The translations under genes were made by a program, and so were the position numbers. A stretch of DNA of 64,000 nucleotides from Candidatus Eiseniibacteriota bacterium (GTDB lineage: Bacteria > Eisenbacteria > RBG-16-71-46 > JABDJR01), in assembly GCA_963762255.1 (NCBI GenBank), contig CAVXKA010000002.1, positions 1,088,001 to 1,152,000 of the forward strand, written 5' to 3'. This document shows positions 1 to 9,975 of the stretch, piece after piece. Every line of letters starts with the position of its first letter. The first letter of the stretch is position 1. Under the pieces are notes generated by a model. The model saw only the letters and a program-made list of their open reading frames with translations. It did no database searches and was not told the origin of the DNA.

Positions 1-68
1 CTCGTGCTCAGCAGGCGAAGATTGCTGAGCACGACCAAGGCGATCGCGGCGTCGATCCAGTCTCTCAT
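1..68 (-). CDS. hyfE: N-terminus of a HyfE-like membrane subunit (runs off the window)
   Basis: Manual translation from ATG at 68 gives MRDWIDAAIALVVLSNLRLLST. It is hydrophobic and follows the hyfB- and hyfC-like genes in the usual order. Confidence 0.6.
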   Translation of the reverse strand, partial: MRDWIDAAIALVVLSNLRLLST

Positions 69-104
69 CCAATCGCTCCCGTTTCTCCGTTTCCCGGCCG
101 CCGT

Positions 105-1019
105 CTACTGGAGTACCAGCATGAGGGCAAGGCAGGAGAGAACCACAGCGGCCACCAGAAGCTGGGGCACCCGATTGAGCCGCACCCTTGCAAACGCCGA
201 CTCGACGCAGCCCGTAGCGATCCCCAGCAGCACCATTCCGGCCAGAGCCGCTCCAAGGTCGACCGCGACCCGACCGGTGCGGACCGGTAGCGCGATACCG
301 ACGACAAGCGCTCCCAGCGTCCACAACTTGAGCGCCCCAGCGTATTGCACGAACGCCAGATCGGGTCCCCCGTGGTCCAGGATCATCACCTCGTGGGTCA
401 TGGTCAACTCGAGGTGGGTGTTGGGATCGTCGAAGGGGATCCGGGCGTTCTCGGCCAGGTACACCACGAAGAACGCGCAGGCGATCAGGAGTAGCGGCAG
501 ACCGCCACCGGGTCCGAAATCGAACAGCCGCACCGCGGCGTAACCGTCCGAAAGCGAGTAGCTGCCCGCGCGCCGGGCCAGGGCGGCAAGTCCCACCAGC
601 ACCGCCGGCTCGGCCAGAGCCGAGAAAGTGGCCTCGCGGCTCGCCCCCATGCCCTCGAAGCTCGAGCCGGTGTCCAAGGCCGCGAGCACCATGAAGAACT
701 TCATCACTCCGAGAAGGTATGTGAAGAGCAGGAGATCGCCGGGAAAAGAGACGACGGCGCGCACTCCGGCAAACGGCACGAAGAGCAGCGAGGCACCCAC
801 GGCGGAGAGACCGATCAGTGGTCCGGCGCGGAACACCCAGGTCGTGGTCCGGCTGTAGACCGCCCCTTTGCGGAGCAGCTTCCACAGGTCGAAGTAGGGT
901 TGAAGCATCGGCGGACCATGACGGCCGGCGAAGATCGCCTTGGTCCGCCCGATGACGGCGAGCAAGAGCGGGGCGAGAAGCATCGCCGCGAGCAGGTGGA
1001 CGATTCCGGCGAGGTTCAT
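105..1019 (-). CDS. hyfC: HyfC/HycD (NuoH-like) membrane subunit of a group-4 hydrogenase or Ehr complex
   Basis: Motifs GPPMLQPYFDLWKLLRK, ALDTGSSFEGMGASRE and ENARIPFDDPNTHLELTM; multiple TM helices. Confidence 0.88.
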   Translation of the reverse strand: MNLAGIVHLLAAMLLAPLLLAVIGRTKAIFAGRHGPPMLQPYFDLWKLLRKGAVYSRTTTWVFRAGPLIGLSAVGASLLFVPFAGVRAVVSFPGDLLLFTYLLGVMKFFMVLAALDTGSSFEGMGASREATFSALAEPAVLVGLAALARRAGSYSLSDGYAAVRLFDFGPGGGLPLLLIACAFFVVYLAENARIPFDDPNTHLELTMTHEVMILDHGGPDLAFVQYAGALKLWTLGALVVGIALPVRTGRVAVDLGAALAGMVLLGIATGCVESAFARVRLNRVPQLLVAAVVLSCLALMLVLQ

Positions 1020-1022
1020 GGC

Positions 1023-3041
1023 TCAGCCCAGCTTCCAGACCAGAAGCACGAGGAGCGTCAGGGCGATGTAGAGGACATAGCGCTGCAATTGCCCGCTCTG
1101 CAGCCACCGATGCTTCGAGAGAAGCCTGCCGACGCCGGTGAAGAGAGGCTCATACACTCTCTTGGTCATCGGATCCGGAGTGTGGGTGGACAGGGTGGAT
1201 TCCGCGGGAAACAGACCGCGGGGCGGCGAAAAGACCCGATGGGTCCGAAGGGCGAAGTGGAAGAGACTCGTGAGAGGTTGCGCGAATCCGGAAGCCGTGT
1301 ACTGCATACGAGCGTTCGGGGCGGCATAGCCGCAGTCCCAGGTCACGGCCGTCCTCGTGGGTCTCCCGGCCAGAAGCAGCCGCCGCAGAATGACCAGCGC
1401 GCCCAACATCAGCAGGAACGCTGCCGCGCCAAGAACGACCATGCGCAGCGGAGCCGCGGCCAATGCCGGCGTCACCAGATCGGCCGAAGTGAGGCCCGCT
1501 GCGGAAACCACGACACCGTGCATTCCGCTGATCACGACGGGACCGAGCAAACCGATCGCAACGCAACCGGCTCCCAGCAGGACCATCGGAAGGCGCATCG
1601 TCCAGCCCACTTCGACCGCGTCGGCCGCGCTGGAACTCCGGGGCTCGCCGAGAAACGCGATGCCGAACGCCTTGGCAAAGCACGCCGCAGCGAGACCGCC
1701 GATGAGGGCAAGTGCGCCCACCGCGATGGCCCCTGCCGCCGCCCCGGCGGGGCCGAGGGCGACGATGCCGTGAAGCGCTCCGAGGTAGATGAGGAACTCG
1801 CTCACAAAGCCGTTGAAGGGCGGCAACCCGCTGATGGCCGCCGAGCCGGTCAGGAACAGCGCGCCCGTCCACGGCATCTTCTTGAGCAGCCCTCCGAGGC
1901 GGTCGATCTCGCGGGTGTGGGTAGCGTGCGCGACGGCGCCCGCGCCGAGGAAGAGCAGCCCTTTGAACAGGGCGTGATTCGCGACGTGCAGGATGGCACC
2001 GCCGAATCCGAGATAGGCCATCGCCGGAAGGTCGTAGCTCTTGCCCAGAAGGCCAACGCCGAGTCCCAACGCGATGATGCCGATGTTCTCGACGCTGTGG
2101 TAGGCAAGCAATCGCTTGAGGTCATGCTGAGCGAGAGCGAAGAGGACACCCAGGAGCCCGGAGGTCACGCCGATGCCGAGAAGAGTCCACCCCCACCAGA
2201 GAGGCGGCGGTCCCAGAAACACCAGCGTGCGAACCAGTCCGTAGATCCCCGTCTTGATCATGACCCCGGACATCACGGCCGACACGTGGCTGGGGGAAGC
2301 CGGGTGCGCCTCGGGCAACCAGACATGCAACGGCATGAAACCGGCTTTCGTGCCGAAACCGACTACGGCGAGGAGGAAGGCGATGCCCGCCGTTCTGCCG
2401 GAGCCCGCCCCGATTCCGAATGCGTCGAAGTCCAGGGATCCGGAGGACTGCCCGAGGATCAGAAAGAGTACCAGCAGGGCGGCGGTGCCCAGGTGCGTGG
2501 CGATGAGATAGATTCGGCCGGCCCGTCGCACTTCCTCGGCCTCGTCTTCGAACACGACGAGGAAGTAGGAGGCCAAGGCCATGACTTCCCACGCGATGAG
2601 GAACAGCATGCCGTTCCTCGCGACCAGGACCAGCACCATGCTGGCCACCAGGGTGTTGAAGAAGAACCAGCAGGCCCCCAGGTTTTTCTTCCCGCTCCAC
2701 GCCCTGAGATAGCTCCCGCCGTAGACAGCGGCCAGGGATGAGAGCACCAGGACCGGCAGCATGAAGAACGCCGAGACCTGATCGACGCCGAGAGCGAACG
2801 ATCCCGCCGGAATGCTCCAGGGGGCCTGGAGTCGGATGGCCCTGCCGCTCACCAGAACCTCGACCGCCGCGAGAAGTCCGCCGATCGATCCGGCCAGGAG
2901 TCCCGCCAGGGCCAGTCCCGTCGAGAGGCGTTCCCGCCGATGGGTCAGAGCCGCAAGGATCCCGCCGGCCAGGATGATGCAGAGCGAAGCGAGGAGGGCG
3001 GCCATGGCCCACCCGATCCCGGGACCGTGCTCGGCGATCAT
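1023..3041 (-). CDS. hyfB: HyfB/HycC antiporter-like (NuoL/M family) membrane subunit
   Basis: Motifs GFGTKAGFMPLHVWLPEAHP, DLKRLLAYHSVENIG, NHALFKGLLFLGAG and TWDCGY. Confidence 0.9.
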   Translation of the reverse strand: MIAEHGPGIGWAMAALLASLCIILAGGILAALTHRRERLSTGLALAGLLAGSIGGLLAAVEVLVSGRAIRLQAPWSIPAGSFALGVDQVSAFFMLPVLVLSSLAAVYGGSYLRAWSGKKNLGACWFFFNTLVASMVLVLVARNGMLFLIAWEVMALASYFLVVFEDEAEEVRRAGRIYLIATHLGTAALLVLFLILGQSSGSLDFDAFGIGAGSGRTAGIAFLLAVVGFGTKAGFMPLHVWLPEAHPASPSHVSAVMSGVMIKTGIYGLVRTLVFLGPPPLWWGWTLLGIGVTSGLLGVLFALAQHDLKRLLAYHSVENIGIIALGLGVGLLGKSYDLPAMAYLGFGGAILHVANHALFKGLLFLGAGAVAHATHTREIDRLGGLLKKMPWTGALFLTGSAAISGLPPFNGFVSEFLIYLGALHGIVALGPAGAAAGAIAVGALALIGGLAAACFAKAFGIAFLGEPRSSSAADAVEVGWTMRLPMVLLGAGCVAIGLLGPVVISGMHGVVVSAAGLTSADLVTPALAAAPLRMVVLGAAAFLLMLGALVILRRLLLAGRPTRTAVTWDCGYAAPNARMQYTASGFAQPLTSLFHFALRTHRVFSPPRGLFPAESTLSTHTPDPMTKRVYEPLFTGVGRLLSKHRWLQSGQLQRYVLYIALTLLVLLVWKLG

Positions 3042-3043
3042 CC

Positions 3044-3754
3044 CTACACACTCTCCGAGCCGGGCAGCGACTTCCCATGAATCCCGCTGTCTCCCGCCCG
3101 CCTCACCGCGTTCAGAATCTCCTCGCGCGTCGCTTGCCTAGCCAGGAGCGCTCTGAATTCCTGGTCGCGCAGCGCGTAGACAAGTCGCGAGAGCAAGTGA
3201 AGATGGGCGCGCACGGCGGGGCTGAGGATCGTGAACAGGGTATTGACGGGCTGGCCATCGATGGCGTTGAAGTCGATCTCGTGCTCCAGGAAACACAGGG
3301 CGACGGTCGGCTTCGGGATGTGCATCACGATCGGATTGCGCACGTGCGGGATGGCAATGCCGTCGCCCACCCCCGTCGAGGCGAGCGATTCACGCGCGAG
3401 GATCATCTCGAAGAGGAACTGCCGGTTGACCTCGTCCGGCAGCCTCATCAGATCCACAACCGCTTTCAGTACCGACGCCTTATCGGTGCCCGCGACCCGA
3501 TAGTGGATCCCTCCCGCCTCCAGGGCATCCGCCAAGGCGGGCAGGGGGACTCGAAGCGCATCCGCCGGATCGTCGAAGATCTCGGGAGATACGTTGATCT
3601 GGCGGGCGGTGGCCCACTCGAGCAGCTCCGCCCGGTTGAACCGGTAGAGCTCGTTGATCCGGTAGGCTGGGAGCTTGCCCTCCTTGATCCAGCGGTAAAC
3701 GGTCTTCTCGGACACGCTGAGAAGGCGGGCGGCCTCCTTGACCCCGAGTTGCAT
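3044..3754 (-). CDS. Excisionase-type HTH fused to a PTS EIIA (PtsN/Fru-type) domain
   Basis: N-terminal VKEAARLLSVSEKTVYRWIKEGKLPAYRI (HTH_17-like); C-terminal RESLASTGVGDGIAIPHVR with the phospho-accepting His. Confidence 0.88.
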   Translation of the reverse strand: MQLGVKEAARLLSVSEKTVYRWIKEGKLPAYRINELYRFNRAELLEWATARQINVSPEIFDDPADALRVPLPALADALEAGGIHYRVAGTDKASVLKAVVDLMRLPDEVNRQFLFEMILARESLASTGVGDGIAIPHVRNPIVMHIPKPTVALCFLEHEIDFNAIDGQPVNTLFTILSPAVRAHLHLLSRLVYALRDQEFRALLARQATREEILNAVRRAGDSGIHGKSLPGSESV

Positions 3755-3787
3755 GCCTCTCGCTCCCTGTCATACCTGAACGACGTC

Positions 3788-3839
3788 GGACATTTTGAGA
3801 CAGATCGATAATTGTGTCCACGAATGTCCATATGGTCAA
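3788..3839 (-). promoter_or_regulatory. Sigma70-like promoter of the HTH-EIIA/hyf operon with an overlapping dyad operator
   Basis: Minus strand: TTGACC (3834-3839), 17 nt, CACAAT (3811-3816). Dyad GGACATT(3788-94)..AGACA(3798-3802) / TGTCC(3815-19)..AATGTCC(3823-29). Confidence 0.6.
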
Positions 3840-3988
3840 GCGCTTCTCGCACCTCGGGCGATGCCACGTCCCGCCGGGATTTGCGGACGGCGGAGGTTCG
3901 ACGCACCGCGCCGGCGCCGGTAGAATCCGGCGAGGACGTCTTGGGGTCGTCTCCGCTTCACAGGTGCGTTCACTCGAATGGGGTACTC

Positions 3989-4354
3989 GTGCTCAAGAAG
4001 AAACTGATCGTCGTCGGCGACAACGTGATGGTCCGCCCCGAGACCAAGGGGAAGACCCGCGCGGGGCTCTACCTGCCGCCGTCGGTGATCGATTCCGACG
4101 CGGTCATGGGCGGTTGGGTGGTGCAGGTCGGCCCCGGCCTCGCGATCCCCGACATGGCGAACTGGGACGAGGAGCCCTGGAAGCGCCGCGAGCAGCGCCC
4201 CCGCTACATCCCGCCGCAGGCTCAGGACGGCGACTTCGCGATCTTCATGCGCAAGGCGGCGGTCGAGATCACCTTCGAGGACGAGAAGTACCTCATCGTT
4301 CCCAACGGCGCGGTGCTCGCGCTGGTGAGGCAGGACCTGGCAGAGGAGCTCTAG
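3989..4354 (+). CDS. GroES/Cpn10-family co-chaperonin paralog
   Basis: LIVVGDNVMVRP..KTRAGLYLP..VVQVGPG..KYLIV; GTG start at 3989 is inferred. Confidence 0.8.
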   Translation: MLKKKLIVVGDNVMVRPETKGKTRAGLYLPPSVIDSDAVMGGWVVQVGPGLAIPDMANWDEEPWKRREQRPRYIPPQAQDGDFAIFMRKAAVEITFEDEKYLIVPNGAVLALVRQDLAEEL

Positions 4355-4555
4355 CCCGGCGCCCGGGAGTCGCGCGACGTCCCGGATCGGCGCGGCGAGC
4401 GGGAATCCGGCCGCACCCGCGGGTCGCGCCGCGCCCCGCAGATTTCCCTTTGCCCTCGCCCCCACCGGCCCTACGATGTTTCCCGCCTTCGGCAATCCGG
4501 GCCCCGACCCCGGCTCGGCCTTGGCCCCTATCGGCACGCATGCGCACAACGCGCC

Positions 4556-6589
4556 ATGGAGGGCACGACGATTTCCAGGAAGCCTTGGACCATCCGTAAT
4601 TCCATCGAGCTCTACAACGTCGAGGGGTGGGGCAGCGGCTACTTCGGCATCAACGAAGCCGGCCAGGTCATGGTGAACCCCACCCACGATCCACAGGTGG
4701 GGTTCGACCTCTACGACCTCGCCCTCGACCTGCACCAGCAGGGAGTGGGCCTGCCGATCCTCGTCCGCTTCTCGGACATTCTGAAATCGCGCATCCAGAC
4801 CCTGCAACAGTCCTTCATGGCCGCCATCGGCGAGACCGGCTACACGAACCGCTACACGCCGGTCTACCCGATCAAGGTCAATCAGCAGCGACACCTGCTC
4901 CAGGAGATCGTCGAGCACGGGCGCGAGTATGGCGTGGGTCTCGAGGCGGGTTCCAAGCCCGAGCTGCAGGCGGTGCTGGCGCTGACCGAGGACACCTCCC
5001 ACATCATCGTGTGCAACGGCTACAAGGACGAGGAGTACATGCGCCTCGCCCTGATGGGGCAGAAGCTCGGCCACCAGGTGTTCATCGTTCTCGAGATGGT
5101 CCAGGAAGTGGACACCCTACTCAAGGTGGCGCGCGAGATGGACGTGGTCCCCACCGCCGGCGTGCGCATCAAGCTCGCCTCGGCGGGGTCCGGCCGCTGG
5201 GCGGAGAGCGCGGGCGAGAAGAGCAAGTTCGGGATGAACCCGTCGCAGCTCGTGCGGCTCTGGGACAAACTGCGCGCGGCGGGGTGCGAGGACATCCTCA
5301 AGCTGGTGCACTTCCATCTGGGCTCGCAGATCCCCGACATCCGCACGATCAAGGTGGCGCTCTCCGAGGCGGCCCGCTACTACGTGGAGCTGATCAAGAT
5401 CGGGGCCAAGATCACCCACGTGGACGTGGGGGGCGGCCTCGGCGTGGACTACGAGGGCTCGCGCTCGGCACGCGCTTCCAGCACCAACTACTCCCTGCAG
5501 GAGTACGCCAACGACATCGTCTACACCCTGCGCGACGTCTGCATCGAGAACGAGGTGCCGATGCCCCACATCATCACGGAATCGGGGCGGGCGCTCACCG
5601 CGCACCATGCGATGCTCCTCATGAACGTGATCGACGTGGAGAGCCAGCTCGTGGCTCCCACGATTCCGGTGGATCCCGAGAACGATCATCAGGTGCTGGT
5701 GACGCTCTGGGAGAGCTTGAACGAGGTCTCGGGGCGCAGCCTCCGCGAGGTCTACCACGACGCGATCTTCGCCAAGGAGAAGGCGCGCGACCTGTTCAAC
5801 TCCGGTGTGCTCGACTTGCGCGAGCTGTCGCGGGCGGAGCAGATCTTCCTGCAGATCATGGACGCGATCCTGCGCACCGCGGATCCGCAGGCGCACGACG
5901 ACATCGTGGCCGAGGTCTCGGAGGTGCTCACCGACCGCTACTTCTGCAACTTCTCGCTCTTCCAATCGCTCCCCGACAGTTGGGCCATCGACCACCTCTT
6001 CCCCATCATGCCCATCCACCGTCTGGACGAGGAGCCGATGCGCCGCGGCACGCTGCAGGACATCACCTGCGACTCGGACGGCCGCATCGACAACTTCGTG
6101 GGCGGACGGCGCATGAAGCACTCGCTCGACCTGCACGCGCTGCGTCCGGGCGAGCCGTATATCCTGGGCGTGTTCCTGACCGGCGCCTATCAGGAGATCC
6201 TGGGCGATCTCCACAATCTCTTCGGCGACACCAACGCGGTGCACATCCGCATGCGCGACGACGGCAGCTACGAGGTGACCGAGGTCGTCCACGGCGACAC
6301 CGTGACCGAGGTGCTGGAGTACGTGCAATTCCATCCCGCCGATCTCGTCTCCACCTTCCGGCGCAAGGTCGCGCGCGCGGTGGATCTGACCCGCCAGGAG
6401 GCCAACACCTTCATCGCCGACTACATGGAGGGGCTGGACGGCTACACCTACCTGGAGTCGCCGATCGAGATGGACATGGACGACGACGAGGAGACGAACG
6501 GGTACGAGGCGCCACCCAAGGCCGACAACGGCGGGAAGTGCGAGGAGAAGGTGCCGCCCAGCTCCGCGGGGATCCCGCGGAACCGGTAG
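4556..6589 (+). CDS. speA: Biosynthetic arginine decarboxylase
   Basis: Motifs VYPIKVNQQ, GLEAGSKPEL, CNGYKD, HFHLGSQI, DITCDSDG and GAYQEILGDLHNLFGDT. Confidence 0.96.
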   Translation: MEGTTISRKPWTIRNSIELYNVEGWGSGYFGINEAGQVMVNPTHDPQVGFDLYDLALDLHQQGVGLPILVRFSDILKSRIQTLQQSFMAAIGETGYTNRYTPVYPIKVNQQRHLLQEIVEHGREYGVGLEAGSKPELQAVLALTEDTSHIIVCNGYKDEEYMRLALMGQKLGHQVFIVLEMVQEVDTLLKVAREMDVVPTAGVRIKLASAGSGRWAESAGEKSKFGMNPSQLVRLWDKLRAAGCEDILKLVHFHLGSQIPDIRTIKVALSEAARYYVELIKIGAKITHVDVGGGLGVDYEGSRSARASSTNYSLQEYANDIVYTLRDVCIENEVPMPHIITESGRALTAHHAMLLMNVIDVESQLVAPTIPVDPENDHQVLVTLWESLNEVSGRSLREVYHDAIFAKEKARDLFNSGVLDLRELSRAEQIFLQIMDAILRTADPQAHDDIVAEVSEVLTDRYFCNFSLFQSLPDSWAIDHLFPIMPIHRLDEEPMRRGTLQDITCDSDGRIDNFVGGRRMKHSLDLHALRPGEPYILGVFLTGAYQEILGDLHNLFGDTNAVHIRMRDDGSYEVTEVVHGDTVTEVLEYVQFHPADLVSTFRRKVARAVDLTRQEANTFIADYMEGLDGYTYLESPIEMDMDDDEETNGYEAPPKADNGGKCEEKVPPSSAGIPRNR

Positions 6590-6610
6590 CTGGAGCTTCG
6601 CGAGGACCGA

Positions 6611-7738
6611 TCAGGCCGGGATCTTGACGCCGAGCCGCAGGGCCGTCGCCTCGAGTGCGGGGAGATCCACGGTGACCCCCAGCGGCGCGAGCGAAGTCGT
6701 GAGATCCCTCGCGTCCCGCCATAGCGTGCGCGCGGCGCCCGCGAAGCCCAGCCTCCACGTGTCGATCAGACTCTCCGCGCGGAATCCCGCCCGCATGAGA
6801 TCGAGTGCCTCGTGCGGTTCGGGGCGGAACTCGTGGATCGCGATCTCCGGATGCTCGCGGCGCACCCGCTCCCGCGTCGCGCGATGCTTGACCGTCGCGC
6901 TGATGCGCGCCATCTGATCCATGATCGCGGCCACGCCGAGATCGGCCACGCCCGGCGCGTGCGGGGTCGCTTGTCCCCCACCCCGGTCCGTTTCCTTCGC
7001 GCGGTACGGCACGAGCGGGCTCACGACGAGAATCGCGCGCGTCCCTTCGATCGCCGCGAGGTCCATGTGCGCGGGGTCCACGATCTGGCCGTCGATCAAA
7101 TGACGGCTCCCGATCCGCACCGGTTCGAAGTACATGGGGATCGTGGTCGAGGCGCGCACGGCGAGCGAGACAGGGGCCGACGTATCGTGGCCCGGCCCGT
7201 AGACGGCGCGCCCGCCGGAATCGAGGTCGCTCGCGGTGATGAGGAGCGGCGCGAGGAGCGCGTCGAAGCGATCGGCGCGGTTGTGCAGGGCCGCCGCGCG
7301 CTGGATCAGGGCGCCGATCCCGACGTTCGAGAAGAATCCGCCGGGGAGCAACGCTTGCAGGTCGTACACGACGTCCGCGAAGTCGGCCCGGCGATGCCCT
7401 CCGCCGCCTCGCACGACCCGCGGGAGCGCACGCACCGCGCGGCCGAACCCGCGCGCGTGGCGTCGCCAGGGCATACGGGAGAGCTCCCTCACGCGCGGGG
7501 CGAGCGGATGGCCCTTCTCGGAGAGCGCGCGGAGAGCCTCGGCGGGGTCCACGCCCAGCGCGAGCATCGCTCCCGCCACCGCGCCGCAGCTCGTGCCGAC
7601 GATGACGCGAGAGCGAGCGGCGGTCCATCCGGAGAGCGCCGTCTCGAGCGCGGCCACCGCGCCGAACTCGTAGAACGCGCCCGGGAAGCCACCTCCGGAG
7701 AGACAGAGCGCGATCGGGCTGCGGGGTTCCGCGCTCAT
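6611..7738 (-). CDS. Patatin-like phospholipase
   Basis: LCLSGGG oxyanion motif, GTSCG nucleophile elbow and a DG catalytic motif (LIDGQ). Confidence 0.85.
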   Translation of the reverse strand: MSAEPRSPIALCLSGGGFPGAFYEFGAVAALETALSGWTAARSRVIVGTSCGAVAGAMLALGVDPAEALRALSEKGHPLAPRVRELSRMPWRRHARGFGRAVRALPRVVRGGGGHRRADFADVVYDLQALLPGGFFSNVGIGALIQRAAALHNRADRFDALLAPLLITASDLDSGGRAVYGPGHDTSAPVSLAVRASTTIPMYFEPVRIGSRHLIDGQIVDPAHMDLAAIEGTRAILVVSPLVPYRAKETDRGGGQATPHAPGVADLGVAAIMDQMARISATVKHRATRERVRREHPEIAIHEFRPEPHEALDLMRAGFRAESLIDTWRLGFAGAARTLWRDARDLTTSLAPLGVTVDLPALEATALRLGVKIPA

Positions 7739-7751
7739 GGCGGCGTCGCCG

Positions 7752-9932
7752 CTACTCCTCCCGCGCCACCGGGTAGAGTCGCCAACGCTCGTCGAAGAAG
7801 GGCGTACGCCGGTAGAACCACTGGAGCCTGGCGCGCGGGTTACCTGTGAACTCGGGTCCGGCCACGGCGAGCGTGTCCAGGAACGCCTTGGCCAGTGGGG
7901 GGTCCTCGGCGAGCATGCGCGAGGCCATCGGCTCCATCACGTAGGGCTCCACGTACTCGGGATTATTGAGCACGGATAGGAAAAATCCCCACTGGAAGAA
8001 CGACTCGGGCGATGCGGGCTCCAACAGCAGCACGGCAAGATCGCCGAGCGGCTGATCGGTCGGGACGCGCACCGAACCCGCGGGAAAGGTTTCAGTGCGC
8101 AGCTCCGCCTTCGGCGTCCCTGTCACCCGCGCGTGCCCCTCCGAGGGCTCGGCCTCGATGGCCGCGTCCTCGACGCGGTACATGCTCACCGCGATCTCGC
8201 GCGGCTCCGTGATCTCTTCCAGGCGCACGCCGTGCTGCTTCAGTCGCTCGATCACCTCCGGCCACCCGGCGGGAATCCAGTAGGCCTTGGGGCGCGTCGC
8301 CACGAGGTCCGGCTGCGTGTACGCGATGACCGGCGCGCGAATCGTGTCCGGCTCGCCGAGCCATTGCACCGCCAACCCACCCGACACCGCCGAGGGCGCC
8401 ACCCGCGAGCGCACACCGAGGAGCGTGACCATCTCCGGCGGCCCGTCCGGGCGCTTCCAGTTGAGCGGGATCGTGCGCCGGCGCGCGGCGCGATCCTCTT
8501 CGGTCGCCCGCTTCAGCTCGCGGCCGTGCTCGGCCAGGGTGCGTAGCGCGGACTCCAGCAGCACGTAGGTTCCGAGCACGCGCTGCGCGTACGGTTTGAG
8601 CGAGTGGTTCTCCACGAGCACGGTAGCGAGGTGGCGAGCGTCGCCATAGCCGTGCGAGAGCCGGACGCCGCTCGTGCCGACCCAGATCCCATCGGCGAGG
8701 CTGCGATCATTCACCGCGAAGATGAGGGGCCCGGGGACGTGCCCCATCGCGATGAGGTCCTGCCGGGCGGTGGGAGTGAACACGCCGTCCAGCCAGGCCG
8801 CAATGTTGGGCGAGTACGCGTGGGGGCCGTTGTAGCCCCAGGTGACGTCGTACTGGTAGTCGACCCCGTCGGTGACGTGAACGTCGATGTAGAGGTCGGG
8901 CTCCCACGCGTCGAGCACGCCCACCAGGGCCGCCGTCTCCGGCGCGTCGAGCTTGCCGAAGTCACGGTTGAGGTTCAGGTTTCGCGCCGTGGTGCGCCAC
9001 CCCGTCTCCACCGGGCCCCGCTGGTTGATGCGGCCGTTCGAACCGAAGCGATCGTGCCCCTCCACGTTGAGGATGGGGACGAAGAGGAAGTTCGCGCCGT
9101 CGAGGAGCGCGCGCTGGGTGCCCTTCACGGTCATGTCGCGCAGGAGCATCATCCCGGCGTCCTTGCCGTCCAGTTCGCCCGCGTGGATGGCACACTGAAC
9201 GAGGAGCGCGGGCTTGGCGGACTTGCTCACGGCCTCGGCCGTGAACGCATGATCCGCCGAGGCCACCACCATCCACACGTCGCGCCCGGTTGCGCTCTTG
9301 CCGATGGAGAGCATGGTGAGTTCCGGGGACGCGTCGCAGAGCTTGCGCAGCCAGGCCACTGTTTCGTCGGTGGTCGGCGTGACGTCGAGACCGCCCTTTT
9401 CGAACGGCGTGGCCCATGGATCGCTTGCGGGCAGCAGGAGCCGTTTGCTGGCGCCGTTCCAGGGGAGCGCGGGGGGAAGGATCGGCTCCGCGGCGGGGTT
9501 GCCGCCGACGTATAGCGTGTGCCCTCGTGACGTCGTCTGCGCCCCGCCCGATGATGTCGGTTGCGCGCTCAGCGGCACCGCGACGGCAAGCAGAAGCGAG
9601 CCAAGGAGCGCAAGCAACAGCGCGAGCGGCGAGGAGGGAAGCGAGATCAACGGTTTCTTGGGATGGCGTCGGAAGAGAAGGATGGTGCGGCCCAGCACCT
9701 GCACAAGCAGAGAGCCGCTGCGCTCCTCCAGCGCCGCCGCCGCCTCGTGGCGATCCACCGGACAGGTGTCGAGCACCTTGAGCTTGATGAGCTCCGCATG
9801 CTCGTGCGCGTCGACGATCGCCTGGAGGATGTCCTCGGAGACTCCCTGCTTACCGATATAGATCGTGGCTTTGAGTCCGTTGCCGAGCGCGCGCAGGGCC
9901 CGCTTGTCGGCGCCGGTTAAGGTCATTGACAT
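7752..9932 (-). CDS. YhbY/CRM RNA-binding domain in frame with a signal/TM segment and an M14 zinc carboxypeptidase
   Basis: aa 1-100 are YhbY-like (IGKQGV, HAELIKLKVL, VQVLGRTILLFR). A hydrophobic stretch follows, then IHAGELDGK, NLNRDF and DVH (M14 zinc motifs). Confidence 0.8.
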   Translation of the reverse strand: MSMTLTGADKRALRALGNGLKATIYIGKQGVSEDILQAIVDAHEHAELIKLKVLDTCPVDRHEAAAALEERSGSLLVQVLGRTILLFRRHPKKPLISLPSSPLALLLALLGSLLLAVAVPLSAQPTSSGGAQTTSRGHTLYVGGNPAAEPILPPALPWNGASKRLLLPASDPWATPFEKGGLDVTPTTDETVAWLRKLCDASPELTMLSIGKSATGRDVWMVVASADHAFTAEAVSKSAKPALLVQCAIHAGELDGKDAGMMLLRDMTVKGTQRALLDGANFLFVPILNVEGHDRFGSNGRINQRGPVETGWRTTARNLNLNRDFGKLDAPETAALVGVLDAWEPDLYIDVHVTDGVDYQYDVTWGYNGPHAYSPNIAAWLDGVFTPTARQDLIAMGHVPGPLIFAVNDRSLADGIWVGTSGVRLSHGYGDARHLATVLVENHSLKPYAQRVLGTYVLLESALRTLAEHGRELKRATEEDRAARRRTIPLNWKRPDGPPEMVTLLGVRSRVAPSAVSGGLAVQWLGEPDTIRAPVIAYTQPDLVATRPKAYWIPAGWPEVIERLKQHGVRLEEITEPREIAVSMYRVEDAAIEAEPSEGHARVTGTPKAELRTETFPAGSVRVPTDQPLGDLAVLLLEPASPESFFQWGFFLSVLNNPEYVEPYVMEPMASRMLAEDPPLAKAFLDTLAVAGPEFTGNPRARLQWFYRRTPFFDERWRLYPVAREE

Positions 9933-9975
9933 GGCGGTAGGCTAGCATATCGCGGAGGGGAAGATGACACCTCGG

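Noticed and set aside
3989-4354. GroES without groEL as a novel system
   Set aside because: Stand-alone Cpn10 paralogs are common, and nothing else here supports novelty.
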